Source: Raillietiella orientalis (taxonomy: Eukaryota). From it: DNA of 64,000 nucleotides. The DNA lies in the NCBI GenBank assembly GCA_036172245.1, contig JAYWIR010000010.1, positions 2,356,001-2,420,000 on the forward strand, read 5' to 3'. The stretch's first letter is position 1; every line of letters begins with the position of its first letter. Positions 12,048 to 24,108 of the stretch are shown here, in pieces. The notes beneath the pieces were generated by a model that was given only the letters and a program-made list of their open reading frames with translations, searched no databases and had not been told where the DNA came from. The position numbers and the translations under genes were made by a program.

Positions 12048-12229
12048 ACGGATCTGGCGGGCCGCGCCTGCGCGCAATAAAAACCTTCGGGTCAATTCGC
12101 CTTGGGCAGCAGTCACTGGTGCCGTCCTTCCTCCCGCCTTTCCCGGTGCTTCCCTCCGTCGACCGAGCAATGCGACGCGCTGCTCCTGTTCTCCTTGGCG
12201 GAGTCTCCCGGAAGACACCCTTCCGTCTC

Positions 12230-14200
12230 ACCGGCCCGGTGGCACCGTCAGAATCGAATGGGCGTTCCCTAAGGTGCTGCCCTCGGCCTCCTCGAAGGCG
12301 GCTGCGCTGCTCGTCACCCCACGGAAGCTTCCCCCCTCACCCCCTCCCAGGCCGCGCGATCCCGCCGACTTCCTCCTCGAGGAGGCATCCCCGCGGCGCC
12401 CTTTCTTAGGCAACCCTGGATGCGAGAGATGCTCTCGAGGTCCTTCGCCCCCCTGCGCGACCTCGCCTTTCCCCCGAAGTGCTTCTGACGTTCCCCTCCT
12501 CTGCCCTGGAACTCCCAGTCGCACGGCTCTCCGCACTGCCCCCGCGCCAGCTGGCTCGGCCCACGAAGAGCCTCGGAGCAGCAAGGAACGGAACGATGAC
12601 AGTGCCATCGTGGCCTGGCGCAGGGATCCGGCTCCCTCTACCCTCGTCGCAAGTAGGGATAACCCACCCACCACCTCCTTCGCTTCGCTCGTGAACCTTC
12701 TTCCGGTGCTTGGCCTCCACACCCTCAAGGCTTTCACGGGACGACGGCGGAGGTGCCTTCCTGTGAGGCGCGCACAGATGCCGGAAGACACCCTGAAGAG
12801 ACAGAGACGGACCGGGGAGGAGAAGCGACGGCCACCTGGAGGCTCAAAGAAAGTGCGGCTGTTGCCAAGGAAGGCGCTCCGCTCGCGGAGCGCGTGGCGG
12901 GAAGCGGTGCCGTGGCTCCTGGAGGAAAGAGTCCTGACCGTTTCCCGGAGGAAGTTCTCCCTCCTCTTTTCTCCACGCAGCCCCCCGTGCTCTCCAAGTT
13001 CCCTCCTGGGAAGGCAACCAACGTTCTACCCTTTCGCACCCTTTCCAGAGCCCCTTCGCTGCTGGCGTCGATCGCCCTCTGCGCACCATCTATTGAGCGT
13101 TGGAGAAAGCTCCGACGAGTCGAGGACGGACGCAACTGTTTGCCCGTCTCGCGCGCCCTCCGCTGGCCGCCCAACGGAAGCGCGGAATGGAGGAGGACAC
13201 CCAACGAAAGTCGATTGCCGCGCTCCCGGAGGAATGGGGGAAACTCGGGAAGCCAGGGCGCTGAGCAAAAGAACGAGTCGTGCCGCGAACGGCAACGCTG
13301 GGATTGCTGCAGAAGTCGGGAGGAGGGCGCAGGCGCCCTCAAGACGCGGAATTCGGCAGAGTGGTGAGACCAAGCGGAGGATGCCCTCCATTCTTGGGAC
13401 GGCGGTCACGAGGAGGATCACCCATTGGTGGCGGGAGGCGGACGACACGGCGGCACATTCTCGAAACGGACGGGTGCTCTTCGGAGAAATCGTAGGAGCA
13501 GTTGGCCTCCGTGCTTCGTCCAGGAACAGCACAGATCCGCAGCAGACTGATCACAGACTCCGCCACCCGTCCTAATCTATCGGTCCACAGTTTGACTCTA
13601 AACTTGGGTCCGCGTTTACGATGGCAATCGGCCGCCAGCTGCCAAGGTTGCGTGGGGTCTTCTTCGGGGAGGAGACGTACCCTGGCTGATTGGAACGAGG
13701 CGCGCATCTTGCCTGTTTTCCCGGTTTAGCGTGGATAGTCTGTGCACGAGGGAGTCTGAGTGGAGAACTCAGCTCTGCCTCAAAGCGCTGGTAGAACTCC
13801 GCAGTCAGGTCGTCCTCTCCTCCTGCCTTCCGAGCTTTCCGATGGCAGATGTCACCTAGCCCGTCGCGAGCGGCTCTTCGAGGCTCCACCGCAGTCTCCC
13901 TCCCTTCCCTTGACGCTGGAGCGCATTCAGGCAACAAACGCTGCGAGCAGTCGCGTTCTGGGGGCGCCCCTGAGCAAAGGAGACGCTTCTTACTTGCGTC
14001 GGAGCCAAGCGCTCCCAGCAGTGGTCGTCCGGCGACCTGGTCAACCCAGACTACCGGGCTTGGCACTCGGCCAGTCTTCGACTTCCGACTTCCTGCAAAA
14101 ACGGCGGGCGTGCAGGAACTCCTGTTCGTTCGGCTTACCTTTGCTGAATCCTGGACCACAATCTCAAATAGGCAGCAAAGAGCTGCAAGGGATGCAGCCG
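12230..14200 (-). mobile_element. Decayed L1/Tx1-type LINE ORF2 (linker, RT, thumb)
   Basis: KAGGEDDLTAEFYQRF..PKK..NLGSWRPIAIVNAD; KLWTDRLGRVAESVI..CAVPGRSTEAN; GGLSL thumb-like block near 12660; 13960-14090 is similar to 17230-17390. Confidence 0.75.
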
Positions 14201-14490
14201 TCGGCCATGCGTCGCGCATGAAGAGACACAGCGGCCAGATGACCCCGCCTGGAGAGCGTGCAGATGAAACTTGTCAACATCCTAGGAGGGACGAAGAGGA
14301 CGACCTCCAGCAGAACGCGATCCCTTCCAGGATTTTTTTATTTCTTTCTACTCATTACTTTTTAGTTTTATTTTTTGTCTTTTTGCTTCTTCCCCCACCC
14401 TCCATTGCCCAGGAGAACCTCGCTGGTCCGCGTGCTGGTACCTTGACAGGTTCCTTGCGCAGACGAGCCTGGTAGGACCAAGTGTCCTGC
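14200..14490 (+). mobile_element. 3' end of LINE family A (ORF2 C-terminus, T-rich tract, 3' UTR)
   Basis: cagcagaacgcgatcccttcc plus T-rich tract matches 15508-15570 and the other copies. Confidence 0.65.
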
Positions 14491-15725
14491 CACTCCAAGT
14501 GTATATTCATTGGGGAGTAGACGGTCCAGGGGGAACTACTGTTCGCAGAACTCTCGGGCTGAGCGTTTTAATCGGTCCCGGTCCGTAAGTTGTAAGGTGA
14601 ACCTCGAAGGAAGCCACGGAGGTGCTTCGCTGTTTCCGCGAGGTTTGACCAGTCCCCCGGGAGACGTCCACGCATCGGAGAAGAGACCTTGGTCGCGTGG
14701 CCGAATCATGAGCTATAGCCTGGAGTGTTTTTCTCACCCTGTCCCGCCGGGGCGTTTGCTGGCAGCAGATCAGTCGAGATGAAGGCAAAAAGCCATGTGT
14801 CCGCAGCGGGAGGTCCAACCTCCCTTGACGCAGTGCTGCCCTTCCTGAGGGAACATATGGGCAGCCACCTTGAGGCTAAATAGAAGGTTAGTGCTGAAAT
14901 CTCTGCCAGAAGAAGAGGACTTGTTGAGTGAACGACGGGCCAGCCTACAGACGCTGCAATCCCGAGTGCACCACCCCGAGGACTTTGGAGCTGAAGCGAG
15001 CTACTGAGTATTCCAGAAGACTTGCAGTGGTCCTCAGAGCTTTTAGACACCCATACACCCATTGAGGTGGCAGGAGTCGGCGTTGATGTTGTTGCACTGG
15101 GGTCTCCCGTACAACGTCCGCCGACATCACTGGACACGGAGGAGATCCAAACTGTCAGGTGCGGGGAACGCGAATCCCTCTCGCACCTGCTCGTGGATTG
15201 CATTGCCCTCCGGCCCCTCTGGGAACGCTTTGCTGAGACACTAGGAAACCTCAGCAACTCCAGGGACACATGGAGACCCTCTTTTGCACTCGACGCTCTC
15301 CGGCCAGCAGCCTCGCTAGCATCTCTCTGCTGCCGACGCGTAATTGTCCTCGTTGCCTGGAGCGATGCAAGAGGAGGACCGAGCGAAAGGATTGCCATCC
15401 ACTTCGCCGTCCTCTTCATGAGGATGGCAACAATATGGTTCCATCTGAAAGGCAGTATACAGCAAGAGCTTGCCGGCATCCTCTCAAGGATGCAGAGGAC
15501 TGCCCCCAGCAGAACGTGATCCCTTCCCGCATCCCCCCAAATTTATTTATTTTTACTTTTGTTTTTCTTTTGTGTGACCCCTCCCCTCTGCTGCTGTGGC
15601 GGACCTCACAGGTCTGCGTGCTGGTAACACGGCGGGTTTGTTCTGAAAAGGAAGTGGTCCAGCCACAGAGATTGTGAAAGTTTATTTTTATAGGAAATAA
15701 ACGTCCCAGCGCACCCGAGTGAGAA
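14490..15725 (+). mobile_element. 5'-truncated L1/Tx1-type LINE, family A (thumb, zf-RVT, 3' UTR)
   Basis: RWQESALMLLHWGLPYNVRRHHW..RCGERESLSHLLVDC..LWE (zf-RVT); ends AATAAA 15696-15701 plus terminal motif. Confidence 0.8.
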
Positions 15726-15729
15726 TCCA

Positions 15730-17750
15730 TCTGCTTACGGAAGGTTTGGCTGTCATTGACGCAGTCCTAGAAGGCTTCTCAGCCTTCTCATTCGCTCGAG
15801 ACTTCGTAGCCTGGGGTGTCAAATAGAGCTGCCTTGCTGCTGATACTGCAGCCTCGAATGGCCTCGTAACCTCGGATGAGCGAAGCTTTCTTTCCCCCGC
15901 GATGACAGTTGAGCGAGGCTTCAGGTCCTGCACTCTTCATCTGGCAGCTTCCCAGCTGCGAGAGCGGTTACGGAAAGATTTGTTTCCGAGTGTTTCTCAG
16001 TTCGCGGCCTCGCCTACGTGGACGCGGTGGTGCGGGAATGTGCTGCCGCGTATGCGTGCAGATTTTTTTGCCTCGCGCACTGTCTTGGTCAACACTCAGC
16101 TCTCTGTCACGCCGTGGCTCTAATTGTGAAAAAAAAAAAAAAAATGTACAATTAACGATAAATCTTCCATGACAGGCAGCGAGGTCCTTCCGTTGTAGCA
16201 ATGTTGCCTGCCGCGACGATCGCAGCTTTGCGCTACATCTTGGAGCCGCAGTGAAAGTGGCGAGATGACCAGAAACGCGATGCCGATCGGGATCTTCAGG
16301 ATGACCACAGGAATGGTCTTATCTCCAGCTGCTCAACCAAAGGTACTTGCCGGCATCCAGGAAAGAATGCTGAGGACGTCAGGAAGGTTTCTCTGATCCC
16401 TTCCCTGGCCCCCCAAACTCGTTGAACTCTTAGGTGTTTACTCCGTCTCCTCTCTCTTTTCCCTGGACGGACCTCTTCCAGCACTCTGCTCGCGAGAGCA
16501 CAGCCTCCTGCATGGGTGGAAATGCGCGTGCCGGCCTTCGAAAAAAATGCTGGATTCGTGCATAGCTCCAGCTGGAACGCAGGTAGTTCAATAATACGGG
16601 CCGGTATACCATGAGATCCAGGAGCTCCAGGAGAAGCTCCTGGTTGACGCAGTAGAATGCCTTTTGCTAATCGACTGCGACAGCAAGGACTCCCAGAGTC
16701 TCCTCTTCGATCCGGACTTCCGTTCCCTGGACAGCTACGGATCCAGGATTCATGTGGAAATTGGCGCGCCCTTCTTGTAAACGAATCCAGGAGCTGGCCG
16801 GGAAGAGATTAGCTTCCACACTACTCCTGGGAGCATCGGACATCTGTTCGGTACTGCTGAAAGTTTCAACAAACCGCCCTCCTGCGCTCAGTTCGGAGCT
16901 TCGCAACCAGCATGGTGTCCGCACTGATGATGGTGACCGGACGCCGATTGCTTAAGTCAGTCCCGGTCTCTCCGCTTCCCTTGGATAGGTGATACACTCT
17001 TACTTTGGAAGCAGGAGGGCACCTTGCCTCTCTCCTGAATCAGCCTGTACAGCTGCTGCTGCATCGGCGGCGTCAGCTCTGTCGCGAAGCACTGAATGCA
17101 ATTCAGCCAGCAGGCCATCTTCTCCCGGCACCTTCCTCTTCTCGAGCTTCCCGGAGATGTCAGAGGTGAGCAGCTTTCCGAGGGGTGTCACGCGCCTCCT
17201 CCCTGATCGCGGGCGCGCCTTAGAGCAGCAAACTCTGAGCAAAGTCACCCCTCCGCAAGATGCGTCCTACCTGCGATAGAGACGAGCGTCCCTGACTCTG
17301 GTCATCCAGGAAGCGCCGGGCGGACCCGGGCTGCAAGACTTGTCTCTCGGTCCCAGCTTCCAAGTTGGCCAGTCGACGTGCGTCTTCTCGAACCGGCGGA
17401 GTTCTCAACGTTGCGCGTGCGCGAGGAACTGCAACCCGGTGCAGCTTACCCCAGGCGCTCGTAACTCGATTTCCGCCGTCAGCTGTACAAGAAAATACTA
17501 CAGTTTGGGAGGGAGCGAGGTCGAAGTGGCGCAGGACTACATCCACGGCCCGCCCTGTCGCGTCGTTGAGATTTCCGCTGGTATTCCAAACGGCAGTTCG
17601 CAGACGGTGCAAAGAGACCACTTCCCACACATTGCTGCTGAGAGTCTGCGCCGTGCTTCCCTCTCCGCATAGAAGCGACCTCCTAGTAGAGAGGGAGGGA
17701 TCCAGGGTTCTCATGACTTGCTCTTTCCGTACAAGACTATCGGAAGCTTA
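15730..17750 (-). mobile_element. Decayed L1/Tx1-type LINE ORF2 (linker, RT, thumb)
   Basis: LEKRKVPGEDGLLAELHS; LAVAVD*QKAFYCVNQELLLELL (cf. SLDQEKAFDRV); RELSVDQDS..KQIF thumb-like block. Confidence 0.75.
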
Positions 17751-18149
17751 GCATCCTCTCCAAGGAGGAGTTTCCACTACCCCACTAGCATTGTCTCTAT
17801 CAATCGATCGACCCTCTCGCGGGGGTATGTGACAGCCTCCTGGCTTTGGCTTCACAGGCACTTGCATCATGGGCTCCCTCTACAAAATTCCCCTGATGGT
17901 ATCTTCGCGAGGTCTTTTTGTCCTTTGTCCTTTTCGGCCGACTTCTCTGCTTGAACTTGTAGAAGGCAGGAGCGTCGTGGCCGCGTTCCGCGGTGACGGT
18001 CACGCCAGGGATCGCCGAATCGGTCGTCGCATTGGCAACGTTGCCGAACGCTCCCGAGAGTTGCCTGGCACGATCTCATCCACTCCTTCCACTGCCCCTC
18101 GTCGTGGTGGTGCATGGGCTTTCCTTTCTTCTTTTTGATATTCAGGTGC

Positions 18150-19330
18150 CATTCAGCACCCTCGGCACCTACCTCGCTTCTCCTCCTGGATCTCCTCTCT
18201 CCCCGCGAACTGCACTGTCTGGCTTCAAGAGTCGCATGTGGAAAGATAAACGGAACGAGTGAGGAGGAGTTCGTTTGTCTGCAGCGTGGCAGATACTCTC
18301 GTCAGTCGCTGCAGGGGGTGGTAAGCAGCCCGCAGAAGATCCTGTGGGAGTCGTTTACCTCCCCTCCTCTCCCCTTCTCCCTCCCTTGTCGAAGCGCTAC
18401 CCTTCCTCAGGGAATCAAAGTCAGCAAAGTAACACCGCCAAGGTGGGAGGAGTCCTGCTGAATTGCAGAAAGAACACTACTTGGCGGGTGGACGATACGA
18501 GAGTTAATAGAAGATGCAACCCCTAGTGCATCAGTCCCAAAGGACTGATGCATTGGATCCAGCTTCCCGAGGTCCCTGCAGAAGATCTGGTGTTGCCTGC
18601 CATCTTCACGGACAGCTCCATCCTTCCAATGAAGTGGCAGGAGCCCGCGTTGCTGATCTTGCATTGGGGTGTCCCATGCAAAGCACGCCTTTATCACTGG
18701 ACTCGAAAGACTGTGGACCCGAAGTGTGCCCGGCACGGGGAAATGAAGACTCTCCCGCACCTACTTCTCGACTGTGTTGTCCTCCGGTCCCTATGGGAAA
18801 GTGAATCGACAGCCCTTCGTTCCAGTAGAGAACCCCAGGAACATTGCAAAAGGTCTCTTCGTTAGTGATGTGCTGCCGCCAGCCTCGTGCCTGGCAGCAC
18901 TTTGCTGCCTGCGCAGGATAATGGCAGCCTGAAACAAAATGGAAGGGATGCCATGCACTGGGCAAAAATCCTCATGATGATCTCCGCAAGTTGGCCCCAC
19001 CTGGGAAATAAACGGATTGGACTTGCCAACACCCTGGACAGGATGTTGGAGACTCCGGGCAGAGAACAACTCTTCCCCAATCTCTTTCACCCAGAAAAAA
19101 GCATTTCCCTAGTCCTTTTTTCCTTGTTTATCTTTTTTTGTTTTGGTTTATTCCTTCCTCCTCGCTGCCGAAGTGAACCTTGCCGGTCTACGTACAGACA
19201 ACTCGACAGGATCCATTTTCCTTTTTTTTTCTTTTCTTATTTAAGACGTGATAGGACTAAGAGTTCCACTACAAAAAATTTAGATTTATTATTTTTATAA
19301 TAAATGTCCCGGCAAATCTTGGTGAAAAAG
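18150..19330 (+). mobile_element. 5'-truncated LINE family A copy
   Basis: KWQEPALLILHWGVPCKARLYHW..CARHGEMKTLPHLLLDC..LWE; ends AATAAA (19299) tgtcccggcaaatcttggtg aaaaa. Confidence 0.8.
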
Positions 19331-19744
19331 ACACTGCAACTCCTCACGCTACACGAGCCATAAAGCTATCGAATCCACTAACCAGAACATCCTTCAAGCA
19401 CAGCGAGCATGCAAAAAAAATAGGTCCACACAGTCGAAGCGCGCCCAATGCCATTTTCACCCGGTGGAGATAGGGCATTCAAAGAATAAAACAGACAGGC
19501 GATGTGGATTGTTAAATCCACTAGTCTTTGAAAAATCCAGAGGAAGAAGAAAAAAAACCACCGACTCGCAATCGACTAACCACACTCCACCCACACCTAC
19601 ACACGAAGATCAAAGAGGGTGTAGGGGAAGGGACAGCGAGTAGATAAACTAGAGGAAGGCACAGGGGTCGCCACCGGTTACACTCGCTTCGCCTACTGTA
19701 GCCTGCGTGCCATGCAGGCTGTGTCCTTCTTGACATCCTTCACA

Positions 19745-20715
19745 GGTCATTTTGCTACGTTCCCCATGGCTGCGGAATTGAGGCGTACGGTCCGTCTTCC
19801 CAGCTGACGCTCCTGTTCAGTGTTCCGGAGCGCCACGATCCTCCTGACGCAACACAGGAATGGGCGATCGGGGAAGCAGGCGAAAACCCTTCTCTCGTGA
19901 AGCAGCACCGCAGAAGCTCTTTCAGAGTGTCTCGGGTCGCAGTAGAGCAGCCGCGAGGCGTTGCCACAAGCTCCGAAGTCTACCGCATTCCACCAGCAGA
20001 TGCGTGGGGGGTCTCAATTTCTTTGCAGCCTGCATAGCTCGGGGAGCCCTTTGTCTAGTGTTGCCGCCGCTGGTTTCACGGGAAGCCTAAGTGCACTAAG
20101 CGTGCCGGCACCGCTGGACCAAGGGAAGTGTGGTTCCCAATTGTAGCTGGTGCGGTGAAGTGATGCGCTTCCTACACCTTTTACGGGAGCGTGTTCTTCG
20201 GAGTGAGTGAGATTTTTTCCACTGTCCCTCCAATCCCGAAGGACAGCCCTTTTCACACTAACTGGAAGTCGCGAATCACTCAAATTGTGTTGTCTCCGCC
20301 AAGTCGTGAGGACGATAAACTACGCAGAAAAGGGTCCAATTTCCATCGTGTTCTCCTTCCTAAGGACGAGGATGAGATGCCACATCCCTGATGCTTAGGA
20401 ACTTGCCTGTTTCATGAAAAGGATGCCGGGGGCATCAGTGACTTTCTGTGATCCTTTCTTCTGATCCCCCGCCTCCCCCCCCCCCACACAATTGAAAAGA
20501 CACCTTTTTTTTAGTTTTTTGTCTTTATTCCCTGCCACTTTTCCTTGAGTGGACATCGCCTAGCATCCTGTTCTCGAAAAGAGATGCCTCCTGGACTGGG
20601 AACAATGTAGTGAGAGTTATAATCTCACCACGATTTAATGACTTTTTTTTTATTGTGTGACTATTTTTGGTAAATAGTTTTACTATAAGCACCACGGCAT
20701 GACCAGGTGTAAACA
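19745..20715 (+). mobile_element. Older, diverged LINE copy related to family A
   Basis: Thumb-like GGLNF; gtgatcctttc plus T-rich tract; degenerate terminal motif caccacggcatgaccaggtgtaaa. Confidence 0.5.
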
Positions 20716-23700
20716 AAAACGCACTTCTTCAACTGAGTTTAACTACAGCACTTGACCTATAATACGAACTGCATTTGCTCCAATGTTTAGTACATTGGCA
20801 AACTCTCAATTACCTGTGATGTAGCAAAGTATCCCAAATCAATCCTATTCGACAGAGAAAATGGTGGAATACAAACCGAAAACACTCAATTAATGCAAGA
20901 TGGGAACGTTAGGGGTGCAAAAATATAAATCACGATTTAAATCATGGGATTTATTTTAAGAAGCAGCTTTGATGATACGTTTTGAAACGCGAAACGACTT
21001 CCCAGTGCTTTTGATTTATTTGACTCAGTATGCATAAGCGTTCATACGGAAGTATTTTTGGATCTCTAGTTATGTGAAAGGATGTAAGATGTAAACGGAA
21101 CAACAGAAAAGGGTCAGAGAAAACACGAGAAAATACAAGTTTCTTGTTTTTCGTTTTTAAAAAAGCGGTGGTTTACTATCATCATCTGCTAATACGACTT
21201 CTATCACGTAAGGCAAATTGAAATTCAAACCGCAAGTTTGGTAGAAATCTACACTGATAATTTTGATTCAACTCAAACTCATCATTCAGGTCCAATAGAA
21301 TCTGCAAATCGGTGAAACTCTGTTTTTCAGAAGTCGAATTCCATAAAGAATAAAACAATAGTGTCAGGGTTCTGGTCATCGAATTATGAAACCGAAATTC
21401 GTATTTTAAATATTGCAGACAGAGATTAACAAATTGAATCCTTTAGAGCATTATTCGAACAGTTCTTTTACAAATCCCTTGCTGCTATTTTGCTATGAGG
21501 ATTTCTCTATTATAAATACATCCCATTATATCTTTCTACATATTCATGCTTCATTTGCATACTGAACTGATGAAATTTTGCAAAATATTTTGCTGACAAT
21601 TTGTTTAGTAGACTCAAATCCTTTGAGATCGAACGGAATTGCTAATCTAGCAAATGCATGTTTTCATGAACTCAGTGAAAATCAAAGATATTTAACTTAT
21701 AACAAACACCGATCAGCATTAGCCATGCACTAATCAGAGGCACATGACCATTCTAACAATTTGTTTGAATCGCATTTCATATCAGAGAAATTGATTCCTA
21801 CTGCCAATTCCCCACTGAGCTGATTATCCATAAGAATACTTGCAACCAGCATTTGAAAAAAAAAAAAAAAAAGCAAGATATAAATATGGAATCAAATATC
21901 TATTTGTTTTCTATTCATTTTCTGTTTTTTTAAAACTGATACTAGTTTAGTAAACTGAAGATACCCTTAATTTAGGAAATTTTAGATATTTTAGAAACAT
22001 TGCCAGCATTCAAATCGGTTGTAATTGTAATAAATTTTATATTGAGCATGCAATTAATGTAAATATTTCAAAAACACGGACATTTCTGTAGCCCCTGTAT
22101 GAAGTGGAAAAGTCTTCAAATTAATCTCAGAAGAACTTCAGAGACAACTTTTAATTGCATTCCAGTACAGGCCATCGAGAAATATAAGAAGAAATATGAT
22201 ATAAGAAGAAACTAGTTCAGCGATAAAAGATAGCAAAAGAATTGCAATGTGTTCAAGAAATCCACGATTAGAGGAAAATTAAATAAAAGTGCAGTATTTT
22301 CTGATGTCACAGTAGGGAGATATAAATCCTAGAAAGGCAGAATAAAATGCAAATTTTCAGTTAATTATTTAAAATGGGATTTCAAGCTCATATTGGAATA
22401 GAGACATTTTATTTTCCCCTTTGAAGTCAAACGGAGAATCAGATAATCGGACTTTCTGCGTTGTATTTCGTTCGATTGGAAGTCCAACTCAGTTTGTTAG
22501 AAGTTTGCATTCAAACTGCAGCAGTCAAAATAGTGTTTCAGGAGCACACATTATCACATTTTTTTTTTTTTTTGAAATACGAAGGTCTGTTATGAAGACC
22601 GACTTTAAAATATTAATGTATTCCCTCAGTAGTGAGTTTGAAATTCCATAAAGCTCCTTACAGAACAGAGTATAGAAGACACCTAAGCACTTTCCCACCA
22701 TAATCGCCTGTTTCATACAACACTAAATAAGATCTTCTCATCTTATTTAGTGTTTTGTCAATTTATCTAAACGTATGTTTAAGTGAGAAAGTACCTATTT
22801 TAAGTATACAGCGTGTTGACACTTGGAAATATATTGAAGTTTTTACATTTTCTAGTAGAAATTTCATGAAAATACTGAAAAATATGTTTGGTATGTAAGA
22901 ATCAATATATTGGATGATGTGAAAAATTCGATCGCCCAAACATAGCTGGACTGCAATGAATATGTCTATTGTAATAAATTGAGTCTTGAATTTTTTATTC
23001 AAAAAATTCATCTGTATTTGACATCCAGTTGAATTGTTATTAGACATTTTAAGGGCTTATGAGAGGTTCTTAATGTTCTCTTGAAATTTTTGCATATGTG
23101 AGAATGCTTGTGGCTCTCGTTAATTTGCAGATCATCTAATTGGTGAAAGTGTGCACTAAATTTGTTGTATGCAATTTTACACCAAAAAAACATAGAAATA
23201 ACTAAGATTACAAGAATTCATTATAGAGTGTGATTTAATTTGCTTTTGTCATTGACGTGGAAGTTACGTACATTAGTATTTTTATGTAAATTGTATGTAT
23301 TGATTAGTTTGTTGCCACTTTGAGGTAACGCAGGCCAGGTTGAAATCTATCTAATTTCTCGAGGGTTTTTCTCGTAAATCCACACGAATGAAATAATTTA
23401 CAAATGCAGGATTATTTTATTTAAATGAACCAAAACATTTTCCGTGATTGGAAAATCTCATTCTTTTTGTGCATGTAATGATGTAAGGTTTTTTTGTCAA
23501 CTTTGCTCCATTCTCGCCGAAGGAATGTAATTATCTTGTGAACTTTTTTCAAGGCTGAATGATTGTGAATGTAATCTTAGCAGGAAAAAAAGTGTCATCT
23601 TGAAATTAATGATTGTTGATTGAAACAGTACCTTTAATTCTCAGTCAATGTAATTGACTTTCACAAATTTGGACTGGTTTATAAACTTGTTTTTAACCAT

Positions 23701-24108
23701 CAAAATGCCAAACACATTGCATGTTATTTCCTCATGGTTTTTCCAATTGCGTGAGTAAAAAAAAACATTTTCGATTGAGATGTGTTGTGGCAAATGATTG
23801 CATGGATTAGATGAAATGTTACTTTGTAGTTTTCACATTTTTGAAACGAATGTTCTTTAATCAGGACTCCATTTAAAAGATGAAAAAACTTCTAGTTTCT
23901 TAATTAGGTTGGGTTATCACCGAATACGTAATAACATATCTCATTCTTAGAATATGCGAGCCAAAAAAACTACTTTTCTTGAGAATATTAAAAAAATATT
24001 CCTCAACAGTTTTGTTTCAACGTTTAATCCCTTGGTTTTCAGCAACAACAAAAATGAAGATGTTTCAAATATAGAATATAGACACCCATGTGAAAGTGTC
24101 AGCAAAAA

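Noticed and set aside
10865..14475. Long overlapping ORFs of 200-433 aa in several frames
   Set aside because: Arg/Pro/Ser-rich products expected from stop-poor GC-rich DNA; the real signals are the cystatin and frameshifted LINE ORF2.
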